Positions 1 to 12,033 are shown, counted from the first letter of the stretch. The stretch: DNA of 64,000 bases from Bacteroidales bacterium (GCA_015061035.1 SUXK01000002.1:73628-137627); one strand, 5' to 3'. Notes: generated by a model from the sequence alone, not told the origin. Program-made: numbers and translations.

Positions 1-384
1 AACTTCGGCACGGAACTGCTCCTCTGCTGCTCGGCGTGATTGCTCTATTGATTGAGCTGCTGCGTCCATTACCTTTTTGGCTTCGACACTGGCTGCACTC
101 CTTGCCTCTTCGATTATTCGGGTTTTCATCTGAGCGGCCTCTTGAAGTATCTCAACTTGTTGACGATGTGCATCATTTAGCAATTTTTGAGCATTTTCTG
201 TTGCACTCTCAAGTTGTTTTTGTGCTTCTTGAGCATACCCTACTCCTTTGTCTATTAAATCGGCACGATCATCTACACTTTTTAATATTATGGGCCAAAC
301 ATATTTGGCTGCCACTATAAAGAGTAGTGCGAATAGAATTAATAGCCAGAACGAAAGTCCGAGTTCGGGTTTAAACAGTTCCAT
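1..384 (-). CDS. atpF: F0F1 ATP synthase subunit b (N-terminal part; gene runs off the left edge)
   Basis: The reverse frame starts at ATG 384-382 and reads MELFKPELGLSFWLLILFALLFIVAAKYVWPIILKSVDDRADLIDKG..., one TM helix followed by a charged helix. It lies directly after atpE in the atpB-atpE-atpF order. Confidence 0.8.
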   Translation of the reverse strand, partial: MELFKPELGLSFWLLILFALLFIVAAKYVWPIILKSVDDRADLIDKGVGYAQEAQKQLESATENAQKLLNDAHRQQVEILQEAAQMKTRIIEEARSAASVEAKKVMDAAAQSIEQSRRAAEEQFRAEV

Positions 385-399
385 CTGAATTTTTTATTA

Positions 400-657
<258 letters not shown>

Positions 658-682
658 TTATTTTTTATGATTATTAATATTA

Positions 683-1768
683 TTATTTATTCTCTTTATG
701 TTCTTCTTTATGTCCGTGTATTTGTGCCAATCCTATAAATATAGTTGATAGCATTGTAAATACATATGCTTGTATTAAACATATTAATAGGTGAAGTACT
801 CCCATAAATAGGGCAAATAGTATTGAAAATACTGCGGTTCCTGTTTGTACTGCTTGTCCTAATGCTGCAAAGATGAATATCAATGATATTAACACCAATG
901 TTATCATGTGTCCTCCCATCATATTTGCAAAAAGACGTATCATCAATGCTACTGGTTTTGTTAATGCTCCAAATACCTCAATTACTGGCATAATGGGTAA
1001 TGGAAATTTCATAAACATTGGTACTTCAGGCCAAAATAGGTCTTTCCAATAGTGTTTTGTTCCAAAGATGTTTACTACCAAAAATGTTAAGAGTGCTAAT
1101 ACTAATGTTACTGCTATATTTCCTGATAGGTTTGCTCCTCCCGGAAATACTGTTATCATTCCTATTAGGTTGATAGTAAATATGAAGAAGAATATTGTTA
1201 ATAGATAGGGTGCAAAGCGTTTTGCATCTGCTCCTAATATTGGCTTTATTACTTCAACATATACCATCTCAATCAATAACTCAACTCCTCCGAATAATTT
1301 ACGGGGTGCTTTGTTTGGATTTTTCTTATACCAACGTGCCATAGATAATAATAGGGTTAGTATTATTACTGTTGCTAACATTATCTCTGATACGTTCTTG
1401 GTTATTGAGAAATCTAATGGGCGATATTCTTTTCCTTCAGCATCCTTGCCTACTACTTTACCTGAATTGTCTCCCTCATGTGTTATGGTAAATCCTTCAT
1501 ATTCTGCACCATGCGCTAATCGTGCTGAACTAAACATGTGCCACTCACCTTGATAGTCACGGACAATTATGGGTAAGGGTAATTTTGCATCGGTACATGG
1601 TAATTCCCACTCGTATGAGTCTAAAAGGTGGTGGAAGATTAGCTCCTTTACGTTGAGGCCTTCCTCATCATCAGCGTGTGATGATGCTTGTATTGTTGTT
1701 AATGGCAAAGCCAACAACATTACAAGTAATATTATGAACCTTTTATTTATAATGGTTAACTTATACAT
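683..1768 (-). CDS. atpB: F0F1 ATP synthase subunit a (Bacteroidota long form with N-terminal extension)
   Basis: 361-aa polytopic protein with the C-terminal LRLFANMMGGH motif. Its position between atpC and atpE fits. Confidence 0.9.
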   Translation of the reverse strand: MYKLTIINKRFIILLVMLLALPLTTIQASSHADDEEGLNVKELIFHHLLDSYEWELPCTDAKLPLPIIVRDYQGEWHMFSSARLAHGAEYEGFTITHEGDNSGKVVGKDAEGKEYRPLDFSITKNVSEIMLATVIILTLLLSMARWYKKNPNKAPRKLFGGVELLIEMVYVEVIKPILGADAKRFAPYLLTIFFFIFTINLIGMITVFPGGANLSGNIAVTLVLALLTFLVVNIFGTKHYWKDLFWPEVPMFMKFPLPIMPVIEVFGALTKPVALMIRLFANMMGGHMITLVLISLIFIFAALGQAVQTGTAVFSILFALFMGVLHLLICLIQAYVFTMLSTIFIGLAQIHGHKEEHKENK

Positions 1769-1989
1769 ACCGATACATTATTGTTGTTAACGTCAATAAA
1801 TCCTCCGTTTATTTTTACGGTCGATAATTTTCCATCACTCTCGTACTCCAACTCTCCTTGTGTCAGCGTTGATAGCAACGATGCGTGATTTTCTAATATT
1901 GTGAAAGAACCTAATGTTCCGGGAAGGGTTACTTTTGTTACCTCTCCTGAGAATATTATGCCATCGGTCGATATTATTTGGAGTTTCAT
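1756..1989 (-). CDS. atpC: F0F1 ATP synthase epsilon subunit (short form)
   Basis: 77-aa beta-sandwich-only epsilon (MKLQIISTDGIIFSGEV...), immediately downstream of atpD. It overlaps the atpB start by 13 nt. Confidence 0.85.
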   Translation of the reverse strand: MKLQIISTDGIIFSGEVTKVTLPGTLGSFTILENHASLLSTLTQGELEYESDGKLSTVKINGGFIDVNNNNVSVCIS

Positions 1990-2000
1990 TGTTGTTATCT

Positions 2001-3512
<1,512 letters not shown>

Positions 3513-3535
3513 TTATCTTTTTATTATTTTCTTAT

Positions 3536-4612
3536 TTAAAAATGCCAATGGAAAACTGTCATTAGCGTTACCAACAATAGATTAAATAGTCCTATTGGTA
3601 ATAGATATTTCCATTCAAATTTTATTAGTTGGTCAATTCTCAATCGGGGGAATGTCCACTTAAACCACATTATTATAAACATGATTACTGCTGTCTTCAT
3701 AAAGAACCATATCACAGATGGGATATAATCCATTATTGTATTGAATGCTTCCCATCCTGGTATGTGTAGAGGCATCCATCCACCCAAGAATAGTAATGAT
3801 GCTATTCCCGATACGATAAACATGTTCAAATATTCTGCTAAATAGTAGAATCCAAAGTGCATACCTGAATACTCAGTGTGGTATCCTGCTGTTAACTCTG
3901 ATTCTGCTTCGGGAAGGTCAAATGGTCCACGGTTAGTCTCAGCTGTTCCTGCAATGATATATATCAGGAATGCTATTACCATTGGAATATGTCCCGAGAA
4001 CAAGAACCATGCTTCCTCTTGTGCTGCAATTAATTGCGATGTTTGCATTGTTCCTGCATATACTACTACTGATAGTATTGACAATCCGATTGATAACTCA
4101 TAACTTATCATTTGGGCTCCGCTTCGCATTGCTCCAATTAGCGTAAACTTGTTATTGCTTGACCATCCTGCAAGTAGTATTCCTAATACTCCTATTGATG
4201 ATACTGCCATAATGAAGAATACTCCAATATTAAAGTCAAGTGTTAGTAATCCTTTGCCAAATGGCATACAACCGAATGTTAACATTGATGATAGGATTAC
4301 CAAGAATGGTGCTAATCCATAAAGGAATTTATCACTATCTTTTATTGTTATAATCTCTTTTATCAACATTTTAAACATGTCGGCAATAGGTTGCATCAAA
4401 CCTAATGGACCTACTCGATTTGGTCCGTAACGGCATTGAAAGAATGCACATATTTTTCGTTCAGCATATATCAATGCCAATGCTATTAGAGCATATAATA
4501 GTAGAAGTAATACTCCTATTATCAAACCTTCTACCAATACTACTGCCCAAGGTGCCATACAACTTTGCAGTAGTTCATCTATCCAATTTGTTATGGTTGA
4601 AAAGTCAAACAT
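3536..4612 (-). CDS. nuoH: NADH-quinone oxidoreductase subunit H
   Basis: 358-aa membrane protein with the ERK..FFQCRYGPNRVGP.GL.QP.AD and AETNR.PFDLPEAESEL..GYHTEYSG motifs. Confidence 0.95.
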   Translation of the reverse strand: MFDFSTITNWIDELLQSCMAPWAVVLVEGLIIGVLLLLLYALIALALIYAERKICAFFQCRYGPNRVGPLGLMQPIADMFKMLIKEIITIKDSDKFLYGLAPFLVILSSMLTFGCMPFGKGLLTLDFNIGVFFIMAVSSIGVLGILLAGWSSNNKFTLIGAMRSGAQMISYELSIGLSILSVVVYAGTMQTSQLIAAQEEAWFLFSGHIPMVIAFLIYIIAGTAETNRGPFDLPEAESELTAGYHTEYSGMHFGFYYLAEYLNMFIVSGIASLLFLGGWMPLHIPGWEAFNTIMDYIPSVIWFFMKTAVIMFIIMWFKWTFPRLRIDQLIKFEWKYLLPIGLFNLLLVTLMTVFHWHF

Positions 4613-4625
4613 AATTTATCCTTTT

Positions 4626-6248
4626 TTATCTGTCAATATCTGGAATTACATAATCTAACGATCCGCCAATTGCTATCAAATCGGCTATTTTTGTGTCACG
4701 AGTAATGTGATCTACTGCACCTATTAAGTTTAATCCTTGTGAAACAAACTTCATACGATATGGTGTTTTATCGCCTTTACTTTCAATATATACACCAAAT
4801 GCTCCACGTGCACCTTCAACGCGTTTAAAGTAATTTCCTTCGGGTAATTTTATAATAGGTTTAGTTTTTGCTGCATAATCGCCTTCTGGAATGTTATCAA
4901 TTAGTTGCTCAATTATGTGCAATGATTGCTCTATCTCTTTCAATCTTATCATATAACGAGCATATGTATCTCCTTCGGTTAGTACAACTTGTTCAAAATC
5001 AACTTTGTCATATACTCCATATGGCTCTAATTTACGAACGTCGTTTGCCCATCCTGACGCTCTTCCTGTTGGTCCAAAGATTCCGTATTTGATTGCATCT
5101 TCTTTTGAGAGTACTCCTACTCCTACCATACGATTCTTTGCTATTACGTTACCTGAGAATAGTTCGTGATACTCTTCTAATCCTTTGGGCATGTACTTGA
5201 TGAAGTTCTTTACTTTTGTAACAAAATCGGGATGTATGTCAGCCATAACTCCTCCAATTTTGTTATAGTTCATAATTAAACGTCCACCACATGTATCATC
5301 AAAAATATCAAGTACTTTATCTCTATCACGGAATCCATATATGAAGGCTGTGATTGAACCTAAGTCCATACATAGTGTTGAGTAAAGAAGAAGGTGTGAA
5401 CCAATTCTTGATAACTCATCCATTATTGTACGAATATATTTTGCTCTTTCGGGTACTTCAATTCCCATCGCCTCCTCGATACACATACATAGTGCGTGGC
5501 GATTTTGATGTGCTGATAGGTAATCTAAACGGTCTGTAAAGTGAAGTGTTTGTGGATATGTTAATCCCTCTGCTAATTTCTCTATTCCGCGGTGAATATA
5601 TCCGCAAACGGGATCAATTTTCTTTATTGTTTCGCCCTCAATTGCTGTTCTGAAACGCATCACACCATGTGTTGCCGGGTGTTGAGGACCTATGTTTACT
5701 ACATAATCTTCAGGTGAGAATATTACTCTCTCCTCCTCTTTTATAGTGCCATCCTCTTGCTCTTGAAGCGAGATTGTTGTATCGGCATTATACTCGTTTG
5801 TAACGGGTACTGGGTTTGCTTCTGGTGAAGCATCATAATCTTTTCTTAATGGATAGCCTTTCCAATCTTCACGCAAGAAAATTCTACGCATATCGGGATG
5901 GCCTATAAAACGTATTCCAAAGAAATCGTAAACCTCTCGCTCGTTCAAATCGGCTGATTGCCATACGTTAGCCACACTATATAGTGTTGGGGTTTCTTTA
6001 TCTGTAGTTGATGTTTTTAAGACTACTCGTTCGTTTGTCTTAGTTGAATCTATTATATAGACCACTCCTAATGACTCGCCCCAATCGTTTCCGATTAAAG
6101 CAACTAACGAATCGAATGACTCTTTTTCGCTTAAATAAGTTGCAACTAAAGGCATTTCTTTCGATGGGACTACAATCATCGAAAGTCCGTTCTCCTCGAT
6201 TGTTACATCAGGAGCTATTGCTTTTATTTTTTCGTATATGCTTGACAT
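4626..6248 (-). CDS. nuoCD: NADH-quinone oxidoreductase fused subunits C/D
   Basis: 540 aa. The N-terminal half is NuoC-like (EREVYDFFGI.F.GHPD.RRI) and the C-terminal half is NuoD-like (GPQHPATHGV, RLDY.S, IPDIDR end). Confidence 0.95.
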   Translation of the reverse strand: MSSIYEKIKAIAPDVTIEENGLSMIVVPSKEMPLVATYLSEKESFDSLVALIGNDWGESLGVVYIIDSTKTNERVVLKTSTTDKETPTLYSVANVWQSADLNEREVYDFFGIRFIGHPDMRRIFLREDWKGYPLRKDYDASPEANPVPVTNEYNADTTISLQEQEDGTIKEEERVIFSPEDYVVNIGPQHPATHGVMRFRTAIEGETIKKIDPVCGYIHRGIEKLAEGLTYPQTLHFTDRLDYLSAHQNRHALCMCIEEAMGIEVPERAKYIRTIMDELSRIGSHLLLYSTLCMDLGSITAFIYGFRDRDKVLDIFDDTCGGRLIMNYNKIGGVMADIHPDFVTKVKNFIKYMPKGLEEYHELFSGNVIAKNRMVGVGVLSKEDAIKYGIFGPTGRASGWANDVRKLEPYGVYDKVDFEQVVLTEGDTYARYMIRLKEIEQSLHIIEQLIDNIPEGDYAAKTKPIIKLPEGNYFKRVEGARGAFGVYIESKGDKTPYRMKFVSQGLNLIGAVDHITRDTKIADLIAIGGSLDYVIPDIDR

Positions 6249-6253
6249 AGGTT

Positions 6254-6865
6254 TTATTTATCTTCTTTTTCAGGGGTTTTCTCTTTTTTATTCGCACCAC
6301 CAAAGAATCGTTCTACTTTTACTTTTCTTTGTAATTGCATCATTCCGTATAACATTGCCTCAGGACGTGGAGGACATCCGGGCACATATACATCTACTGG
6401 AATTACCTCATTCACTCCTTTTACTACATGGTATGAATTTTTAAAAGGTCCGCCTGATATTGCACAACCTCCTACCGCAATTACATATTTAGGTGAGGCC
6501 ATTTGATCATATAGACGTTTTAAAACCGGAGCCATTTTGTGAACTATTGTTCCTGCCACCATAATGAAGTCTGCTTGACGAGGACTGGCACGGGTTACCT
6601 CGAACCCGAATCGTGCCATATCATTGGACGCGGCACCTACTGACATAAATTCTATTCCGCAACAACTGGTGGCAAATGTTAGCGGCCATAGTGAGTTAGA
6701 ACGTCCCCAATTGATTACATCATCAAGAACTCCAACTATTACGTTTGTTCCTCCTTCTCGCAACTCTTTTACTAATTGCTCAATATATTCATTGTCTTTG
6801 AAGTTCTCGTGCTTCATTGACTTTAAATCTACTTTTACTTCCATTCTAAAGCTCCTTTCTTCCAA
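6254..6865 (-). CDS. nuoB: NADH-quinone oxidoreductase subunit B
   Basis: Carries the conserved CCGIE, GGCA.SGGPF and VPGCPPRPEA Fe-S ligand motifs. The listed start overlaps nuoA by 31 nt, so an internal Met (about 6844 or 6817) may be the true start. Confidence 0.92.
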   Translation of the reverse strand: MEERSFRMEVKVDLKSMKHENFKDNEYIEQLVKELREGGTNVIVGVLDDVINWGRSNSLWPLTFATSCCGIEFMSVGAASNDMARFGFEVTRASPRQADFIMVAGTIVHKMAPVLKRLYDQMASPKYVIAVGGCAISGGPFKNSYHVVKGVNEVIPVDVYVPGCPPRPEAMLYGMMQLQRKVKVERFFGGANKKEKTPEKEDK

Positions 6866-7188
6866 GCGTATGCCAATCCTAAAATAAGTACTCCGAAAAA
6901 GAACGAAACACTTATTAATGCCTCAGGCCCCATATCTCTTACTTTTATTGCCCATGGGAACAAGAAGACTGTCTCAACATCAAACATTAAAAACAGAATT
7001 GCAAACAAATAGTATCCTACTCTAAACTGCATCCACGAACCTCCTCGTGTTGGAATTCCACACTCATAAGGTTCTCCTTTTTGAGGATTAAATGTGCGAG
7101 GAGCCAAAAGTTTTGCTAACGCTAATGCTGCCGCAACCAACGAAACTCCTGTTAGGAATACTACAACTAATAATGATAGATTACTCAT
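6835..7188 (-). CDS. nuoA: NADH-quinone oxidoreductase subunit A
   Basis: 117-aa three-TM protein with the YECG and LFL.FDVE..FL.PWA motifs. It is the first gene of the nuo cluster. Confidence 0.92.
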   Translation of the reverse strand: MSNLSLLVVVFLTGVSLVAAALALAKLLAPRTFNPQKGEPYECGIPTRGGSWMQFRVGYYLFAILFLMFDVETVFLFPWAIKVRDMGPEALISVSFFFGVLILGLAYAWKKGALEWK

Positions 7189-7314
7189 ATATATGTATTT
7201 TTTACTTTATATTTTTATCTTTTAATTACAATTTGCTACACTTTAATGCAATTATTTGACTTTTTGGCACTTTTAACTTCTGAAAAAAGCACAGTTTTTG
7301 CCACATATACTTTG

Positions 7315-7346
7315 CAAAAGTAATACAATCTAATTTTAATTACAAA
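7315..7346 (-). promoter_or_regulatory. Candidate Bacteroides-type promoter for nuoA
   Basis: On the minus strand, TTTG (7346-7343), a 20-nt spacer, then TActTTTG (7322-7315), about 125 nt upstream of the nuoA ATG. Confidence 0.45.
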
Positions 7347-7423
7347 TTTTTAGACTATTCTTTTGGCATAAACTTTTTATTTTTTTGAAGTTATTTTTTC
7401 TCACTAATAAAGATTCTTTAATA

Positions 7424-7468
7424 CAAAAAAAATGAGGTATCTGATTTTCATCAACATACCTCATTTTA
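7424..7468. terminator. Bidirectional intrinsic terminator after the 7489-8319 gene
   Basis: 9-bp stem atgaggtat/atacctcat (7432-7440 / 7456-7464), flanked by an A8 run and a T run. Confidence 0.7.
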
Positions 7469-7488
7469 TATTTTATTCACACCTTTAT

Positions 7489-8319
7489 TTAATCTTCTTC
7501 ACTTCTTGATGCCTCTCGCTTTTCTATTCCATATGGTGTCCAAGAGTGATTTTTTGCATTTAACTCTTCTAATATTGATGCTGCAATTGGAGATGTTTTT
7601 AGTTGTTCTCCTTGCATAATCTTATATAGTGTTGCTATTTGTCGCTCCTCTTTTGTAAATACTCCTTGTTGCATTAAACGTAACTCCAAATCAAAATCAG
7701 ATTCTTCACTTTTGGTATCAAATCTTTCATCAAATCCATTTACCGATAGTATATCTTCTTTATATAACGAGAAGTTTTCGGATGAAAGTCCTTGCCATAC
7801 ATCACTAAGTATAAAGTGGCGCAAAAAACCATTTGTTATACGAAACAGTTCAGAAGAATTTTTTACTTTCCCTCTTATTGCTTTAGCAAGCATATAAGCA
7901 TGTACTCTTTTTGATGATACCATCTTGAGAGTTACCTCTGATGAAAATTCATTAGAGAGTTCTATTGTTTTTGCTGCAACTACCTTTCCGTATCTTGACA
8001 AACGAATATGCTCCTCTATAAATTTATGATGTGGTATTGCCCCCTCCTCTATGAATATAAGGTAGTCTGATTTTGCCAATACTATTGCTCTGTTGAGCAT
8101 TACTTCTCTTTTATAACATCCATCGTTGTGCGAGAGATGCGTTATTGAAAATGTTGTGATTGCTTTTGCTTGCTGCAATATTTTTTCTACATCATCACCT
8201 TTTCCGTCTTGGGCAATTACTACCTCAAAATCTTTTTCAGTTTGTTGATTTAGGGCATATATGAGTAGCGGTAATGTTTTTGTACTCTTATTTATATATA
8301 CTATTAATGATGCTTTCAT
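7489..8319 (-). CDS. Glycosyltransferase family 2-like protein
   Basis: 276 aa. The N-terminal Rossmann-like region (SLIVYINKS..., FEVVIAQDG, DYLIFIEEG) resembles GT2 enzymes. It is the last gene of a five-gene envelope cluster. Confidence 0.55.
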   Translation of the reverse strand: MKASLIVYINKSTKTLPLLIYALNQQTEKDFEVVIAQDGKGDDVEKILQQAKAITTFSITHLSHNDGCYKREVMLNRAIVLAKSDYLIFIEEGAIPHHKFIEEHIRLSRYGKVVAAKTIELSNEFSSEVTLKMVSSKRVHAYMLAKAIRGKVKNSSELFRITNGFLRHFILSDVWQGLSSENFSLYKEDILSVNGFDERFDTKSEESDFDLELRLMQQGVFTKEERQIATLYKIMQGEQLKTSPIAASILEELNAKNHSWTPYGIEKREASRSEED

Positions 8320-9032
8320 TCTTTTACTCTGTTTTTCTCTTTTGGTGAGAATCGGTAGTTTATTGTAAAGTTAAACCCAAGAGGATTGTTACTTTTACCA
8401 AATCCTGGTATTATCCATTGTTTAGCATCTCCTTTTTGTGATGCAGCAAATAGTAGTTTATATCTGACCGACCAACCCATCATCAACCCTTTATAGAGTT
8501 TTACTTGCAACCCCAACAATAACTCTCCCCAATGTGCTATTGATGTTGTTTTGGGGATTGAGAGATTTGTTAGTGTCTCTTCCCAATAGGGTGCTGAAAT
8601 TGTTATATTTGTTACTTCGTAATTAGCAAATGACAAACCATATCTTAATCCAACAAACAATAATCCTGGAATATCTTTATTATATAGTATATTGTAATTG
8701 AGTCCTATCCTATTATAAAATGATGGAGATACTTTATATGTATATTTTGCACCATCTGGTGTTTCATTAGCATACGATAATCCAAATTCATATACGGGAT
8801 AAAATCTGTTATAGAAACCCGCATCAATACTCATTTCGTAGTTTCCATATTTTTGTCCTATTAAGTTTGTAACGGGAGAGAAGAGATCAACTCCTAATGT
8901 TATTCCATTAAATTTGGGATGCAGATATTTTACTGTATCTCCCTGCTCGTTAACGATTACATTTTTCTTTGCCTGAATGCCAAACGGTATAATCACAAGC
9001 AAAAACAATATTATTTTAATCTTCTGCAACAT
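8316..9032 (-). CDS. Outer-membrane beta-barrel protein (DUF6048-like)
   Basis: Signal peptide, alternating aromatic/hydrophobic beta-strand pattern and a terminal ...NYRF-type strand. The family name is recalled, not searched. Confidence 0.55.
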   Translation of the reverse strand: MLQKIKIILFLLVIIPFGIQAKKNVIVNEQGDTVKYLHPKFNGITLGVDLFSPVTNLIGQKYGNYEMSIDAGFYNRFYPVYEFGLSYANETPDGAKYTYKVSPSFYNRIGLNYNILYNKDIPGLLFVGLRYGLSFANYEVTNITISAPYWEETLTNLSIPKTTSIAHWGELLLGLQVKLYKGLMMGWSVRYKLLFAASQKGDAKQWIIPGFGKSNNPLGFNFTINYRFSPKEKNRVKE

Positions 9033-9510
9033 AATATATTTTTACCGTTTGTGATTCCAAATTATTTACCTCAGGAGTTACAAGTTCAGCATATGCTATT
9101 GAGTGGGTTGTATATTTAAACTCCTCTATTGTAAACTTATACATTGCTCCACACTCTGGTGTCTCAAATTCAAGTTGTTTGCTATATGTGTATGTTAATG
9201 TATCGTATTTAAATTGCATCCCCACGTTTGGATCGTCATAACGAATAACATACTTTACCATATCGCGGGTTATACTTAATGGTGTATAGAAAGAACCTAA
9301 GTCCGATACATTATTATATAATATAGAGTCTTTTACTTGATCAACCCCATATATTGTTACAGAGTTTATTTTTGCTGCTACGGGAGGTGTTCCTAAAGCA
9401 TATACCCCTACTAAAGGCATACCTATCCCACTCTCATTACAATACTTATCGCCACACGAGAAAAAGACAAGTGTTATAATGAACGCAATTAATATTTTAG
9501 ATAGATACAT
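9016..9510 (-). CDS. Lipoprotein (DUF6452-like)
   Basis: The start is reassigned to MYLSKILIAFIITLVFFSCG (lipobox FFSC). That ATG overlaps the upstream stop by 1 nt. The family name is recalled. Confidence 0.5.
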   Translation of the reverse strand: MYLSKILIAFIITLVFFSCGDKYCNESGIGMPLVGVYALGTPPVAAKINSVTIYGVDQVKDSILYNNVSDLGSFYTPLSITRDMVKYVIRYDDPNVGMQFKYDTLTYTYSKQLEFETPECGAMYKFTIEEFKYTTHSIAYAELVTPEVNNLESQTVKIYYVAED

Positions 9511-10037
9511 TAATCCTCTAACCATTGAACAATCTCCTCTGTTGTTTTACGTTTTTTTGGACGAACATCGCCATCTCCCTCAGGATAACCCAAAGGAATT
9601 ATCGCTATTGGCTCAAGATTCTCAGGTAACGACAAATCTGTTTTAAGTTTTGTTGCATCAAAATTGCATACCCAGCATGTTCCAAGACCTGCCGATGTTG
9701 CACTCAAACATATATGCTCTACCGCTATTGCTATATCAATATCGGTATGATCTTTGCCATCAAATGAACGATGCCACGCCTCTTCGTGGTTTCCGCATGC
9801 TATTATATATAAAGGTGCTGTTGCAAACCACTCTCTTTTGTACGACTCTCTAACTATCTGCTTTGACTTCTCTCCTTTTATTATTAAAAATTTCCACGGC
9901 TGAAAGTTTACTGCGGAAGGTGCTATTCGGGCAGACTCTATTATTTGATTTATAACCTCACAAGAGACCTCTTTATTTGTATATTTTCGGATTGAAGAAC
10001 GCTCTTGGGCTAATTTTATAAACTCTTGGATATTCAT
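9510..10037 (-). CDS. Nitroreductase family protein
   Basis: The start is reassigned to MNIQEFIKLAQERSSIRKY. Carries the typical RSS.R.Y and PSA.N.QPW motifs. Confidence 0.85.
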   Translation of the reverse strand: MNIQEFIKLAQERSSIRKYTNKEVSCEVINQIIESARIAPSAVNFQPWKFLIIKGEKSKQIVRESYKREWFATAPLYIIACGNHEEAWHRSFDGKDHTDIDIAIAVEHICLSATSAGLGTCWVCNFDATKLKTDLSLPENLEPIAIIPLGYPEGDGDVRPKKRKTTEEIVQWLED

Positions 10038-10038
10038 A

Positions 10039-10986
10039 CTAAATCTCTTTTTCGATATTATACCTGTTGCGTTCTTGTGAATTTCGAGCAATCAACTCGC
10101 CAATAAATCCTGCCAAGAAAAGCAGAGTTCCTATAATCATTGCTGTTAATGCCAAATAGAAGTATGGCGACTCGGTTACCAATCTGTACGAAGAACCAAT
10201 CCACATTGATATAAGTTTATTTGCTCCTACTACAATTACAGATAGAAATCCTAATATAAACATTAAACTTCCCAACAAACCAAAAAAGTGCATTGGTTTA
10301 ACAGCAAATTTATTGAAAAACCATAGCGTTAGAAGATCTAAATAGCCATTAACAAAGCGATCTAAACCAAACTTTGTTACGCCATATTTTCGTGCTTGAT
10401 GTTTTACAACCTTCTCTCCTATTTTGGTGTATCCTGCATTTTTTGCCAAATATGGCATATAACGGTGCATATCGCCATAAACCTCTATTGACTTAACAAC
10501 CTCTTTACGATATGCTTTCAGTCCACAATTAAAATCATGCAACTTAATTCCTGTGACTTTTCGTGCTGTTGCATTGAATAGTTTTGTTGGAATTGTTTTT
10601 GATTTGGGATCGTAACGTTTTTGTTTCCATCCTGATACCAAATCGTACCCATCCTTTGTTATCATTCTATACAACTCAGGTATTTCATCGGGAGAGTCTT
10701 GCAAATCGGCATCCATAGTAATTACCACATCGCCTTGAACTTTCTCAAATCCCATATGAAGTGCTGGGGATTTTCCGTAATTTCTGCGGAATTTTATTCC
10801 TTTAACTGCATTATCTTCTTGTGACAACTTCTCTATTACATCCCAAGAGTTGTCTGTACTACCATCACTTACAAATATAATTTCGTATGTAAAATTATTT
10901 TCCGCCATTACTCTCTTTATCCAAGAGTGCAATTCGGGAAGCGACTCTGCTTCGTTATATAAAGGTACTACTACCGAAATATCCAT
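10039..10986 (-). CDS. GT2 polyprenyl-phosphate glycosyltransferase (GtrB/ArnC-like)
   Basis: 315 aa with ISVVVPLYNE, VSDGSTD and MDADLQD (DxD), plus two C-terminal TM helices. Confidence 0.9.
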   Translation of the reverse strand: MDISVVVPLYNEAESLPELHSWIKRVMAENNFTYEIIFVSDGSTDNSWDVIEKLSQEDNAVKGIKFRRNYGKSPALHMGFEKVQGDVVITMDADLQDSPDEIPELYRMITKDGYDLVSGWKQKRYDPKSKTIPTKLFNATARKVTGIKLHDFNCGLKAYRKEVVKSIEVYGDMHRYMPYLAKNAGYTKIGEKVVKHQARKYGVTKFGLDRFVNGYLDLLTLWFFNKFAVKPMHFFGLLGSLMFILGFLSVIVVGANKLISMWIGSSYRLVTESPYFYLALTAMIIGTLLFLAGFIGELIARNSQERNRYNIEKEI

Positions 10987-11002
10987 AACTTTATTTTTTT
11001 AT

Positions 11003-11530
11003 TTATTTTTCTTGTGAACGACGTAATAAAAGCGCAAGTATCAACGAATATATTGAACCTAACATCAACATTCCTAATATACCATTATATACTATTTGTA
11101 TTGATGACATTATTCCATTTTCTCCGATAAGTGCATCTAAATCTTCAAGAGATTGAGTATTGTTAGCACTTAGTAACTCTTTTGCAAGGGTTGATATAGA
11201 TTCTTGCATTGTATAAAGATACTCTGGGTTTATATATTGATAATATAGATATTCGAATATTCCGCTTATAAGTGCTGAATAAAAATATAGTGCGATTCCA
11301 AAGAACCACAACTTACCAAAAATTACAGTGCCTGTTTTATCTCTATATGATTTTACTAAAAAATATACTACTATTGGCACAGCAACTACTAATGCCATAG
11401 ATAACATATTTAATATTGAAGATGTTTGAGAGAATGAGGTTAATACAAATTTAATTATTAAAATAAGTCCGAAGTATAACCCATACTCCATTGCATATTG
11501 GTTTAATCCCTTTTCTTGATTTTGCTCCAT
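11003..11530 (-). CDS. DUF4199-like membrane protein
   Basis: 175-aa four-TM protein upstream of the GtrB-like gene, a common pairing in Bacteroidales. The family name is recalled. Confidence 0.6.
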   Translation of the reverse strand: MEQNQEKGLNQYAMEYGLYFGLILIIKFVLTSFSQTSSILNMLSMALVVAVPIVVYFLVKSYRDKTGTVIFGKLWFFGIALYFYSALISGIFEYLYYQYINPEYLYTMQESISTLAKELLSANNTQSLEDLDALIGENGIMSSIQIVYNGILGMLMLGSIYSLILALLLRRSQEK

Positions 11531-11770
11531 TTATTAATAGTAATCTAATATTTAACCATATTACATATCTTGCAAAGTTACTATTTTTAGTTCAAAATAT
11601 TGCTATTTTAATACCACAAAGAACAAAAAAGGGTATATATTTAGCAATTAAATAGTAAATAGAGAATATAAGAGATAAAATATTACAAAATTATTGTCCT
11701 GTAAATGAGATAAATATAAATTTGTTAAATAAAAATTGAATAAAATGTTGCGAGATTTAAGAAAATGTTC

Positions 11771-11778
11771 TACTTTTG
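11771..11778 (+). promoter_or_regulatory. -7 box TActTTTG for the GC-rich RNA / tRNA-Thr cluster
   Basis: Exact TAnnTTTG match, 5 nt before the GGGTAAG 5' end of the structured RNA. Confidence 0.5.
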
Positions 11779-11783
11779 CAGTC

Positions 11784-11880
11784 GGGTAAGTCCTCCACGG
11801 TCAGCTCCTTGCGAACCCCCCCAGGGCTTGACCGCAGCAAGGGTAGCCGGTTGTAGCGACGCGATGAAGTTTGCTTACCC
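11784..11880 (+). ncRNA. ffs: Probable signal recognition particle RNA (4.5S, small bacterial SRP RNA)
   Basis: 97 nt and clearly GC-richer than the flanking DNA. A terminal helix GGGUAAGU/GCUUACCC closes the molecule. The internal CCCAGG-GC[UUGACC]GC-AGCAAGGGUAG resembles the domain IV AGG/AGCA symmetric loop. It has its own -7 box and ends 4 nt before a tRNA. The apical loop is not the canonical GGAA, and I could not fold the middle of the helix cleanly. Confidence 0.5.
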
Positions 11881-11884
11881 ATTT

Positions 11885-11958
11885 GCCTCTTTAGCTCAGT
11901 TGGCCAGAGCACGTGATTTGTAATCTCGGGGTCGTTGGTTCGAATCCGACAAGAGGCT
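11885..11958 (+). tRNA. tRNA-Thr (anticodon UGU)
   Basis: 74-nt cloverleaf: acceptor GCCTCTT/AAGAGGC, D arm GCTC..GAGC, anticodon loop TTTGTAA, T arm GTTGG-TTCGAAT-CCGAC. Confidence 0.95.
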
Positions 11959-12033
11959 CTAAAAAAGGCGCAATAACGATTGCACCAATAAACAACAAGA
12001 CTCCACAAGAGTTTTTTAATTTGAAATATTTTT

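Noticed and set aside
36-320. 94-aa plus-strand ORF at the left edge.
   Set aside because: It is antisense to the atpF coding sequence, which has a clear subunit-b N-terminus and operon context.
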